NCBI GenBank assembly: GCA_963668695.2
Contig: CAXXLQ010000004.1
Span: forward strand, 2,720,001 to 2,784,000
DNA length: 64,000 nt
Origin: Vicinamibacteria bacterium
GTDB lineage: Bacteria; Acidobacteriota; Vicinamibacteria; Marinacidobacterales; Marinacidobacteraceae
Direction of reading: 5' to 3'
The notes under the pieces: model-generated
The model's input: the letters and a program-made list of their open reading frames with translations, nothing else
What the model was told of the DNA's origin: nothing
The model's database searches: none
In this document: piece by piece, positions 1 through 8,745 of the stretch
Position numbering within the stretch: the first letter of the stretch is position 1
How the letters are laid out: each line of letters begins with the position of its first letter
Program-made: the position numbers and the translations under genes

Positions 1-318
1 GAGCGGCTCCCCGAGATCGCGCTCAACCGGGCGCTCGGAGCGAGCCCGGCCCAGGTGGCCTACGCCTTCCTCGGCCGGGCGTTCGTGATCGTGGGGCTCT
101 CCCTGCTGATCGGGGGCGGCGCGGGCGCGCTTCTCACCCTGGTGCTGGTAAACGTGGTGAATCCCGGGTGGTTCGGCTGGACCCTTGAACTGCACTGGCC
201 GGTGGGGACCCTGCTGGCGCAGTCAGCCGCGGTGCTGATCGCGGGACTGCTGGCGGCCGTGCTCCCCGCCCGTCTCGCTTCCCGGGTGGACGGGGCGGCG
301 CTCCGCCAGGAAATCTGA
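1..318 (+). CDS. ABC transporter permease (FtsX-like), C-terminal fragment running off the window start
   Basis: Frame open from base 1 (ERLPEIALNRALGASPAQV...VNPGWFGWTL); RALGAS motif and TM helices; directly upstream of an AttH-like gene. Confidence 0.8.
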   Translation, partial: ERLPEIALNRALGASPAQVAYAFLGRAFVIVGLSLLIGGGAGALLTLVLVNVVNPGWFGWTLELHWPVGTLLAQSAAVLIAGLLAAVLPARLASRVDGAALRQEI

Positions 319-2411
319 TGCCGTGGAGCGCCGGTGTTCACACCGGCATCGCTGCCCGGAGGGCAGCGAAACTCCCCTCGGCCACTCCCCGTGGTGCGCG
401 GCCCGGGCATTCCGTTGTCGACCGCCCATTGTTGTCGGTGGCGTTTTTTTTGGTGCTCCTCGGGGTGCTCCTCGGGGCGCTCCTCGCGCCGGCCCCCATC
501 GCGGCGCAGGAGTGGCAGCCGGCGACCCCGGGTTATCCCTGGGAGTTCCCCGACGATCACTGGGCTCACGTCGGATACCAGACCGAGTGGTGGTACTTCG
601 TGGGCTTCGCCGAAAGCGCGGACGGGTCTGAGCGCTTCGCCTGGCAGTTCACGCTCTTTCGGACCGGGCTGACGCTGGTGGCGCCCCCCGCCGCGCCCTC
701 TCCCTGGCGTGCCCGGCACGTAGCGATGGGGCACGCGGCGGTGGCCGATCTCGGGAGCGGGGAGCGGGTCTTCACCCAGACCATCCACCGGGAGGCCCCC
801 GGACTCGCCCGCTTCGGGGTCTTTCCGGACCCGGAGATCGCCTGGATGCACGGCCCTCCCGGGACGGCCGCGCCCTGGTTCCTTGCCTACCGGGACGGTG
901 CGTTCGCGTTCGGCGCCGCCGATGCCGAACGGGGACTCCGGCTGGAACTCGCCGCCGTTCCGACGCGGGAGCCCCTGCTGCACGGCGAGGGCGGGCACTC
1001 GCCCAAGTCGGAAGGGGGGGCGGCCAGCTACTACTACAGCCACCCGCGGCTGGAGGTGACGGGCTCGCTCGGGCTCGGCGAGAAGAGGGTTGAGGTCACC
1101 GGCACCGCCTGGATGGACCGGGAATTCGGTTCGGCGTGGCTTGCCCCCGATCAGACCGGATGGGATTGGTTCGGTCTGAACCTCGGGGACGGCCGTGACC
1201 TGATGCTCTACCTGCTTCGCCGCCGCGACGGGTCCTTGTCGTACCTCGACGGGATGCTCCGCGGTCCGGGTCCCGATGCCGGCCTCCGGCTGACGGATGC
1301 GGAGGTCGAAGTCCTCGGCACCTGGATGCCGCCCGATCTCGAATCGAATCCGGGCCACTCCCGCGCCTATCCGGCAGGCTGGCGCCTGCGCCTCCCCGGC
1401 GAAGGGCTCGATCTTGAGGTGTACCCGCTGCTGGCGGCCCAGGAAAACCGCCGGCCGCCAGGACAATCCGGCCCGGACATCCCCTATTGGGAGGGCGCGG
1501 TGCGGATCGAGGCCGCCGGGGCCCCGTTTGGTCGCGGCTTCGTGGAGCTCACCGGGTACCGGGAAGATGTCGGGTTCGGGGGGCTGGCCCCGGATACAAT
1601 CGGAACTCCGCCCAGTGCGCGGCAAGGGAGCGAAAACACCATGATGGACGGCCTGCAGTTCATTTTCCGATGGCTCCATGTGTTCGTAGGGGTCATCTGG
1701 ATCGGCCACCTCTACTTCTTCAACTTCGTCAACGCTCAGATGACCGCCAAGCTCGACGGGGCCACGAAGGCGAAGGTCGTGCCGGAGTTGATGCCGCGCG
1801 CCCTCTACTGGTTCCGTTGGGGCGCCGCCTGGACCTGGATTACGGGAGTCGTGCTGCTCCTGCTCGTCTTCTACCACGGAGGCCTCACCGAACTCGGGAG
1901 CGGCGGCGCCATCGCGATGGTGGCGGTTACCTTCCTCGCGGTCTTCGTCTACGACGCCCTCTGGAACAGCGGGCTGAAGTCCAACGTGCGGGCGGCCGCG
2001 ATCGTGTCGTTCCTGCTGCTCTCGGTTTCCGTCTGGGCGTTCGTGACCATCGGCGGCTTCGATCCGCGCTCGGTTCTCATCCACACCGGGGCCATGTTCG
2101 GGACCATGATGGCGTTCAACGTCTGGTTCCGCATCTGGCCGGCGCAACAGCGCATCATCGCCGCGGTCAAGGCCGGCGACGCTCCGGCGGCTGCCGACCC
2201 GGCGCTGGCCGGGCTGCGCTCGAAGCACAACACCTACATGTCCCTGCCGCTCTTGTGGGCAATGCTCAACGAGCACGCCACTCCCTTCTTCGGCGGGAAC
2301 TTCGGGATTCCGGGGGACTACTACTGGGTTGCCTGGCTGGTGATCGTGGCGATTGGCTGGCACGTGATCTTCCACTGCTACCGGATCGCCGGCCGCGTCT
2401 CCGGGATGTAG
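318..2411 (+). CDS. Lipocalin-like AttH/CrtC-type protein in frame with a urate hydroxylase PuuD-like membrane domain (second domain starts at ATG 1641)
   Basis: FPDDHWAH..EWWYF, YYYS, WMDREF, GWDWF, YWEG, GFVELTGY motifs; then RWLHV..GVIWIGHLYFFNFV and RSKHNTY; true start may be near 429. Confidence 0.75.
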   Translation: MPWSAGVHTGIAARRAAKLPSATPRGARPGHSVVDRPLLSVAFFLVLLGVLLGALLAPAPIAAQEWQPATPGYPWEFPDDHWAHVGYQTEWWYFVGFAESADGSERFAWQFTLFRTGLTLVAPPAAPSPWRARHVAMGHAAVADLGSGERVFTQTIHREAPGLARFGVFPDPEIAWMHGPPGTAAPWFLAYRDGAFAFGAADAERGLRLELAAVPTREPLLHGEGGHSPKSEGGAASYYYSHPRLEVTGSLGLGEKRVEVTGTAWMDREFGSAWLAPDQTGWDWFGLNLGDGRDLMLYLLRRRDGSLSYLDGMLRGPGPDAGLRLTDAEVEVLGTWMPPDLESNPGHSRAYPAGWRLRLPGEGLDLEVYPLLAAQENRRPPGQSGPDIPYWEGAVRIEAAGAPFGRGFVELTGYREDVGFGGLAPDTIGTPPSARQGSENTMMDGLQFIFRWLHVFVGVIWIGHLYFFNFVNAQMTAKLDGATKAKVVPELMPRALYWFRWGAAWTWITGVVLLLLVFYHGGLTELGSGGAIAMVAVTFLAVFVYDALWNSGLKSNVRAAAIVSFLLLSVSVWAFVTIGGFDPRSVLIHTGAMFGTMMAFNVWFRIWPAQQRIIAAVKAGDAPAAADPALAGLRSKHNTYMSLPLLWAMLNEHATPFFGGNFGIPGDYYWVAWLVIVAIGWHVIFHCYRIAGRVSGM

Positions 2412-2476
2412 ACGGAGAACGGCCCCGATCGTCCGCTACGGCACAGTGACGAGGCGGTAGGGGATCGTCAGGGCTG

Positions 2477-3490
2477 GTGCGAATCACCGCCAAGGGACCG
2501 GGGACCGGTGTACGGGCTGCGGCCCGCCGGATCGCCCTACTGCCGCTTGCGCTCGGCATCCCTCTCGGCGCCTGTAGGTCCTCCCCGGAGGAATCCGAAT
2601 TCCCAACCGGTCCTATCGAGATCGTTTCCTGGGCAACCGTTGGCGGTCCGAGCGACCTGCTTGCGCGAGCGCTGGCGCAGGCGGCGCCGGACTACTTCGG
2701 TGGCCGGCGGGTGAGCGTGCTCACCCGGCAGGGAGGGGCGGGCGCCGCCGGGATGCAGTACGTCAAGAGCCGTGCCGGGAATCCCCACGTGCTCGGAGTG
2801 TTCACCGCGAGCGGCACCGTGAACATGGCCACGGGACGGATTCCGTTCACGCCCGGTGATTTCACTCCGATCCTCAGGATCCAGGTGGACCCGTTCCTGA
2901 TTGCGGTGCGGGAGGACAGCCCGTTCCGGACGCTCGACGATCTCTTCGGCGCGGCGCGGGCTCGGCCGGGAGAGGTTTCGGTGTCCGGCTTCGGGGCCGC
3001 TTCCGCGCACTTTTTGGGTTTCCAGCGCCTCCGGGCGGCTGCCGGCGACCCGGATGTGCGCTGGATCGCCTACGAGGGTTCCGGCGATGCGGCGGTGGCG
3101 GCACTCGGCGGCCACACCGACGCTACCCACAACAACTACAACGTCATCCGCGAGCATGTGCGCGCCGGGACGATGCGGGTGCTGGCCGTGGCCCTGCCGC
3201 TGACGGCGCTGCGGGACGTTCCGACCTATCAGGAGGAAGGCTACGACCTGGCGCCGGTTCATTGGCGGGGGGTGGTGGGGCCGCCGGGACTCTCGCCCGA
3301 GGTGCAGGCGGATCTGAGGGACCGGCTGCTCGCGACGATCCGGACGGCCGGCTTTCAGGAGTACATGGCCCGGGCCGCCATGGAGTACGCGGTCATGGAA
3401 GATTCGGATGCTTTCGGGGACTGGATTCGAGAGGAAGTCGGGACCAACCGGTCGCTGCTCGAGCGGCTCGGACTCCTCATGAATGAGTGA
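2477..3490 (+). CDS. tctC: Tripartite tricarboxylate transporter substrate-binding protein
   Basis: GGPSDLLAR, GGAGAAG, YEGSG..ALGGH, WRGVVGPPG; first gene of a tctCBA cluster; start uncertain. Confidence 0.85.
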   Translation: MRITAKGPGTGVRAAARRIALLPLALGIPLGACRSSPEESEFPTGPIEIVSWATVGGPSDLLARALAQAAPDYFGGRRVSVLTRQGGAGAAGMQYVKSRAGNPHVLGVFTASGTVNMATGRIPFTPGDFTPILRIQVDPFLIAVREDSPFRTLDDLFGAARARPGEVSVSGFGAASAHFLGFQRLRAAAGDPDVRWIAYEGSGDAAVAALGGHTDATHNNYNVIREHVRAGTMRVLAVALPLTALRDVPTYQEEGYDLAPVHWRGVVGPPGLSPEVQADLRDRLLATIRTAGFQEYMARAAMEYAVMEDSDAFGDWIREEVGTNRSLLERLGLLMNE

Positions 3491-3926
3491 AGTCAGCCGC
3501 CGTTCGGGGTCCTTGGTGGAGGCCGGGCTGCTTGCCCTTCTCGGGGCAGGGGTCCTCTTCGACGCCCACGGCTATCCGCTGGCGCTTGGCCAGGGGTCAC
3601 CGGGTCCGGCCTTCTTCCCCCGCCTCCTCGCCGTCCTCCTGATCGGGTGCGCCGCGGGGCTGGCGGTCCGGGCGTCGCGACGGCGCGAAACCTCCGCTCA
3701 ACCGGGTGGCGGGGCGTTCCGGCTCGCCGGGGCCGCCGCCTGGGTCGCCAGCTTCCTCCTCGCCCTGCCGCTCCTCGGGCACCTCCTGGCGCTTCCTCCA
3801 TTGGTCGCGGGGCTCATGTGGCTCTTCGGAGAGCGCTCGCCGCGAACCCTGGTTGCCGTGCCCGTGACCTTTGCCGGCTTCGTCCATCTGCTGTTCGTCG
3901 TGACCCTGGGCGTGCGCCTCCCGTGA
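3483..3926 (+). CDS. tctB: Tripartite tricarboxylate transporter small membrane subunit
   Basis: GPAFFP motif, 4 TM helices, LGVRLP C-terminus; lies between tctC and tctA. Confidence 0.85.
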   Translation: MSEVSRRSGSLVEAGLLALLGAGVLFDAHGYPLALGQGSPGPAFFPRLLAVLLIGCAAGLAVRASRRRETSAQPGGGAFRLAGAAAWVASFLLALPLLGHLLALPPLVAGLMWLFGERSPRTLVAVPVTFAGFVHLLFVVTLGVRLP

Positions 3927-3927
3927 G

Positions 3928-5412
3928 ATGACTTTGTTTCTGGAAGGCCTCCTCACCGCCCTGCAGCCGCAGAACCTGGCGGTCCTGCTCGGCGGCAGCG
4001 TGCTTGGCGTCTTCGCCGGCGCCGTGCCCGGCCTCAGTTCCACCGTCGGTCTGGCGCTCGTGCTTCCGGTCACCTTCGCTCTGGAGCCCGTACCGGCGCT
4101 CCTCATGATGATCTCCATCTACATGGCGGCAGAGTACGGCGGGTCGATCACCGCGATCGCGATCGGGGTTCCGGGGAGTTCCCCGGCGCTGGCCACGACC
4201 TTCGACGGCTACGCGATGACCCGCCGCGGAGAAGCCGGACGCGCCTTCGGGATTTCGCTCTTTGCGTCCATGAGCGGCGGAATTCTCGGAACGCTCTTGC
4301 TGGTGGTGGCGCTCGGCCCCCTATCCCGCGCCGCCATCGCCTTTGGGCCCCCCGAGTACTTCGGTCTCGGGGTGTTCGGTCTGGCGATCATCGCCAACCT
4401 GGTGGGCAGCGATCCGCTGAAGGGGGTCATCAGCGCGCTACTAGGCCTCATCGCCTTCATCGTCGGCCTCGACGTTCTCACGGGGGCGCCCCGCCTGACG
4501 CTGGGAACGACGGTCCTGATGGACGGACTCGGGCTCGTGCCCATGCTGATCGGTTTCTTCGCGATCGCGGAGGCGCTGGACGCGATCGCCCGGCGCCGTC
4601 CGCGAGTCGAGGCCGCCAGCGGAATGGGGGGCGCGCTGCCGAAGCTGGGAGAACTCCTCCGCCTTTGGCGGCCCATCCTCCGGGGCTCGGCGATCGGCGG
4701 AATCATCGGCGCGATTCCGGGGGCCGGTGCGACGATCGCGTCCATCGTCGCGTGGAACGAGGAGCGCCGCCTCTCCCGAACCCCGGAACGCTTTGGCACG
4801 GGAGCGCCCGAGGGTATCGCGGCCCCCGAGGCAGCCAACAACGCCTGTGTGGGTGCGGCCATGATCCCACTGCTGGCCCTCGGCATCCCCGGTTCGGCGA
4901 GCGCCGCGGTACTCCTCGGCGGACTTACGGTGCAGGGCGTAGCGCCGGGGCCGCTCCTGATGACCGAGCAGGCGCCCCTGGTTTACGCGCTCTATGCCGG
5001 ATTCATGGTGGCGGTGGCGTTCATGATGGTTGTGGGCCGGCTCGGAATCCCGCTCTGGGTGAGGGTGGTGAGCATCCGTCCTCAGATCCTCATGCCGCTC
5101 GTCGTCGCTATCTCCCTGGTCGGCGCCTTCGTGCTGCGGGGCAATCTGGCGGATGCGTGGTTCGCGCTCTTCTTCGGGCTCGTCGGTTTCGCGATGCTGC
5201 GGCGCGGGTATCCGCTCGCTCCGGCCGTGCTCGGCCTGATTCTGGGGCCGATGGTGGAGACGAACTACCGCCGGGCGCTGGCGCTGTCTTCCAGCTCGCA
5301 CACGGTCTTTCTGGAGAGTCCCATCAGCCTGGTTCTGCTGCTGCTGGCCGTGGCCAGCTTCGCGGCCCCGGCCCTCCGCGGGCGGTTCCGGCTCGGGAGC
5401 CGGCCGCACTGA
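3928..5412 (+). CDS. tctA: Tripartite tricarboxylate transporter permease
   Basis: GAVPGL, YGGSITAI, DGYAM, GPPEYF, APEAANNA, LGIPGS motifs. Confidence 0.92.
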   Translation: MTLFLEGLLTALQPQNLAVLLGGSVLGVFAGAVPGLSSTVGLALVLPVTFALEPVPALLMMISIYMAAEYGGSITAIAIGVPGSSPALATTFDGYAMTRRGEAGRAFGISLFASMSGGILGTLLLVVALGPLSRAAIAFGPPEYFGLGVFGLAIIANLVGSDPLKGVISALLGLIAFIVGLDVLTGAPRLTLGTTVLMDGLGLVPMLIGFFAIAEALDAIARRRPRVEAASGMGGALPKLGELLRLWRPILRGSAIGGIIGAIPGAGATIASIVAWNEERRLSRTPERFGTGAPEGIAAPEAANNACVGAAMIPLLALGIPGSASAAVLLGGLTVQGVAPGPLLMTEQAPLVYALYAGFMVAVAFMMVVGRLGIPLWVRVVSIRPQILMPLVVAISLVGAFVLRGNLADAWFALFFGLVGFAMLRRGYPLAPAVLGLILGPMVETNYRRALALSSSSHTVFLESPISLVLLLLAVASFAAPALRGRFRLGSRPH

Positions 5413-5566
5413 GGGTTGTTCTCGCCGGGGAACGCGCATCCAGTTCGGCGACGCGATCGGTCAGGGGGCACCACCGGGAGAACTGGCGCCGGCCTCCAGG
5501 CCGTCTTCGCCCGCCGGCGGCGGGCGAGAACGCGTACTGCCCCGCGCCCTTAGCTGAACGGCAGTC

Positions 5567-6586
5567 TCAGCAGTCGTTCGCCCTTCGTTCGAGGTCGGCG
5601 CAGGCGTCCATGAGTTCGTCGAAGGACTCCGCGTCCTCGGGGAGCATGCCGGCCTGCACCATGGCACGGTAGTCCTCGGCCAGCGTCTCCCGGCCGGCAC
5701 CGGAGGGCACGAGTTGCAGGCCGCCCGACACGGCGTCCTCGTATGAAATCCAATGATCCGCGACATCCTTCTCTCGGAAGAAGATGGCCTTGTGGCGCGC
5801 GACGCTCGAAGCGAGCGTGCGGTCGGCCAGCGCCTTCTCCGCAAAGCCGGCGCGGTCCAGTCGAACGAGGTCATGCCAGTGCCGGGTCAGGCGGTCTCCC
5901 CGGCCGCGCGCTCGCTTGCAGAAGACGTGCATCGCGGTCGCCTTCTCCCAGAACGTTCGCTCGGCCAGCATCACCGAGGGCCGGGCCTCGGGAAACGAGA
6001 TCTCCGGCAGAAACGGTGCCGCCTCACACCGCACCGGTCGGACTTCGCAGGGCTCGCCGGTCGAGCGTGCTCCGAATTCCACGACGACTGTGGGTTTGAC
6101 GAATTCGTAGCCCCGAAAAAGAGGTTCGTATTTCACCAGAATCCGGTCTCCCGAGGTGTCCGCGCGGGCGTCAAATCCGGCGCGCGCGAGACCGTCCGCG
6201 ACCGCGGCCCGCCCCTCGTTCCGGACCCAGGAGGCGAGCCTCTTCCGGACCTCTCTCGTCCACCGCTGCTCCTGACTTCGCGTAGGCGGCAACGCCTCCG
6301 GACCCGCGTCTCCGACCAGGTCCGGAGCGATGGCTCGAATGTCGTAGGTCACGTCCACGTCCTCCGAGAAGCGCTGGATCGCCCCCCAGGCCTTCGATAG
6401 CGAAGTTCCGCCTTTGAAGACGAGATCCCCCGCGAAGGGCGCGCCAAACAGGGCTTCGATGGTGGCTACCACCCAGATGTCTTTTTCCAGCAAGTACTCC
6501 GCGCCGCTCGGTCCGGACCGAAGGGCGGTTCTGAGCGCCTCGGTCCGCTCGTTCGACGAAAGGGACGCAAACCGGACGTCAGCCAT
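5567..6586 (-). CDS. Type IV TA toxin, AbiEii/AbiGii-family nucleotidyltransferase
   Basis: LEKDIWV, FKGGTSLSK, RFSEDVD, RTFWEKAT, RHWHDL; start reassigned to ATG 6586, overlapping the antitoxin stop. Confidence 0.9.
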   Translation of the reverse strand: MADVRFASLSSNERTEALRTALRSGPSGAEYLLEKDIWVVATIEALFGAPFAGDLVFKGGTSLSKAWGAIQRFSEDVDVTYDIRAIAPDLVGDAGPEALPPTRSQEQRWTREVRKRLASWVRNEGRAAVADGLARAGFDARADTSGDRILVKYEPLFRGYEFVKPTVVVEFGARSTGEPCEVRPVRCEAAPFLPEISFPEARPSVMLAERTFWEKATAMHVFCKRARGRGDRLTRHWHDLVRLDRAGFAEKALADRTLASSVARHKAIFFREKDVADHWISYEDAVSGGLQLVPSGAGRETLAEDYRAMVQAGMLPEDAESFDELMDACADLERRANDC

Positions 6587-7175
6587 CGGCCATTTCCGTG
6601 GTGATCGCTGCCGCCATCCAGGTCGGCAGGATCGGGCGCGCCCCGAGGAGTTCGGCGCGGTCCTCGGCCGCGAGTTGAGGCAGGACCCGCCCGAGGTTCT
6701 CCCGGACCTCCTCCCGGCCAAGCCAGTGCAGAGCCCGAATGACCTTGCCGGCCGGGCGATGCGGCAGGGTGAGTTGCCAGCGCGGCGCGTGAACCAGTCG
6801 GACTCTTCGGGCGCCAAAGTACAGCTTACGGCCCGGCCCGGAGGTGAGGCAGGTCGGGACTACCTGGTTCTGGGTCGTGAGCCCCAGAACATTGGCCGAG
6901 GCTCCGCCGTGCGGGACGATGGCCTCCCCCCAGAGTCTTGCGAGGGCGTCGAGCGATTTCGCAAGATCGGGGGAAGCGATTCCGAACCGAGTCCGGATCG
7001 TGCGCATATAGATCCCAGGGAAGATTCGGTCGAGCCGCTCCTCCCGGGCCAGCCGTGAAAGTGCCTGGTCGACTGCGGCTCGGCTTCCGAGGTCCAGAAG
7101 CGCCTTCGCGCAGATCGGCGTCGCTTCGGGCAGGGCTTCCGCCCGTTCCATGATGCGTTTCGCGATGCTCGGCAT
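6579..7175 (-). CDS. AbiEi-like antitoxin (DUF6088 family)
   Basis: LGSRAAVDQALSRL..GIY, ANVLGLTTQ, LTSG motifs; coupled to AbiEii. Confidence 0.85.
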   Translation of the reverse strand: MPSIAKRIMERAEALPEATPICAKALLDLGSRAAVDQALSRLAREERLDRIFPGIYMRTIRTRFGIASPDLAKSLDALARLWGEAIVPHGGASANVLGLTTQNQVVPTCLTSGPGRKLYFGARRVRLVHAPRWQLTLPHRPAGKVIRALHWLGREEVRENLGRVLPQLAAEDRAELLGARPILPTWMAAAITTEMADG

Positions 7176-7219
7176 TTCGTCAGTCGGTTTGTCAGAAATA
7201 ATAGTAGATATCTGACGAA
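7176..7219. promoter_or_regulatory. AT-rich AbiE promoter with inverted repeat (probable AbiEi operator)
   Basis: TTGTCAGAAAT-aatagtag-ATATCTGACGA imperfect inverted repeat immediately upstream of the antitoxin ATG. Confidence 0.55.
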
Positions 7220-7347
7220 CACCCCCCGCTGTGACGCCGACGACCGGCGACTTCGGCCCGCTGCGTCCTTTTGCTATCCTGCGACGCGCTTTCCCGCTGG
7301 CGCCGGCGCTGCGCGGCCGCCTCCAACCCCCGAAGAAAGGAACTGCC

Positions 7348-8745
7348 GTGAGTGCGACCGCCGCCGTAACCGATTTCATCCTCGACACGACGATCGAGGA
7401 CTTTTCCGACGCGCTGCTCGACGAAGGCCGCCGGTGCGTGACTGACGGAGTGGGCGTGATCCTCGCCGGCTCCACCGATACCTGTTCGCGCATCGTCCAG
7501 GAACAGATTGCCGCCCAGGGCGGGCGTCCCGAGGCGGCCATCCTCGGCCCCGCGGGACTCCGCGCGCCGGCATCCCTCGCCGCCCGGGCGAACGGGACCG
7601 CCGGCCACGCGCTGGACTTCGACGACACGCAGCTCTCGAACGCCCCCGACCGGATCTTCGGGCTGCTGACGCACCCCACGGTGGCGCCGCTCGCCGCGGG
7701 ACTCGCGATGGCGGAGCGGGAGGGCGCGAGCGGCGCCGGCCTGCTGGAGGCGTTCCTGGTCGGTTTCGAGGTGGAATGCAAGATCTCGGAAGCCATTGAT
7801 CCCCGCCACTACATGGAGGGTTTCCACTCCACCGCGACCGTTGGGGCTCTGGGAGCCACGGCGACCGCGGCCAAGCTGGCCGGTCTGGACCGTGAGGAGC
7901 TGGCCATGGCGCTGGGAATCGCGGCGAGCCTCGCTTCGGGCATCCGGCTCGGCTTCGGCACGATGACGAAGCCGCTCCACGCTGGGCGGGCGGCCGAAAA
8001 CGGAATCCTGGCGGTGGAGCTGGCGGCGCGCGGTTACACCTCGGGGCGCGACGCACTGGAAGCGACGTGGGGTTTCTTCCGGGTTTTCGGAGGCGGCTTC
8101 GATCCGGACCGGCTGAACCTCGGCAATCCCTACACCCTGCTCGATCCGGGCGTTTCGGTGAAGATGTTTCCCTGCGGCAGCCTCAGCCACCCGAGTCTCG
8201 CCGCGCTTCTGGAACTGATTCAGACGCACGACCTCGCGCCGGGAGATGTGGAGCGGATCACCTTCCGGGCGGGGCGCAACATCCTGAATCCGCTCCGGTA
8301 TCTCGATCCGCAAAACGCCCTTGAGGCCAAGTTCTCCATCCCGTTTCTGCTCTCGAGCGCCGTGCTCCGGCGGCGGGTGGGGATTCCCGAGTTCGCGGAC
8401 GATTTCGTTCGTTCTCCCGAGGTGGTGGCCATGATGCGGCGGGTCGCCGTGCAGTTCGATCCCGAGATCGACGCGCGCGGCTACGACCGCATGCGGAGCG
8501 CCATGGACGTAATCCTGAAGGACGGTTCGCAGCTCACAGTCGAGGCCGACGTCTATCCGGGCGGTCCCGAGCGGCCCCTGACGCGCGAGGAACTGCGGCA
8601 GAAGTTCCGCGACTGCGCGGTTGACGCCCTTCCCCCCGACCGGATCGAGGAAGCGCTCGCGCAGGTCGAAGCGGTGGACGAGGCGCCCCGGCTCGCGGAC
8701 CTGGCGGCCGCCCTCTCCGGGGCGGCGGCGGGGGTCGCGGCATGA
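7348..8745 (+). CDS. MmgE/PrpD family protein
   Basis: NGTAGHALDFDDT, GFHST, FGTMTKPLHAG, KMFPCG, AKFSIP; GTG start after an AAAGGA RBS. Confidence 0.9.
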   Translation: MSATAAVTDFILDTTIEDFSDALLDEGRRCVTDGVGVILAGSTDTCSRIVQEQIAAQGGRPEAAILGPAGLRAPASLAARANGTAGHALDFDDTQLSNAPDRIFGLLTHPTVAPLAAGLAMAEREGASGAGLLEAFLVGFEVECKISEAIDPRHYMEGFHSTATVGALGATATAAKLAGLDREELAMALGIAASLASGIRLGFGTMTKPLHAGRAAENGILAVELAARGYTSGRDALEATWGFFRVFGGGFDPDRLNLGNPYTLLDPGVSVKMFPCGSLSHPSLAALLELIQTHDLAPGDVERITFRAGRNILNPLRYLDPQNALEAKFSIPFLLSSAVLRRRVGIPEFADDFVRSPEVVAMMRRVAVQFDPEIDARGYDRMRSAMDVILKDGSQLTVEADVYPGGPERPLTREELRQKFRDCAVDALPPDRIEEALAQVEAVDEAPRLADLAAALSGAAAGVAA

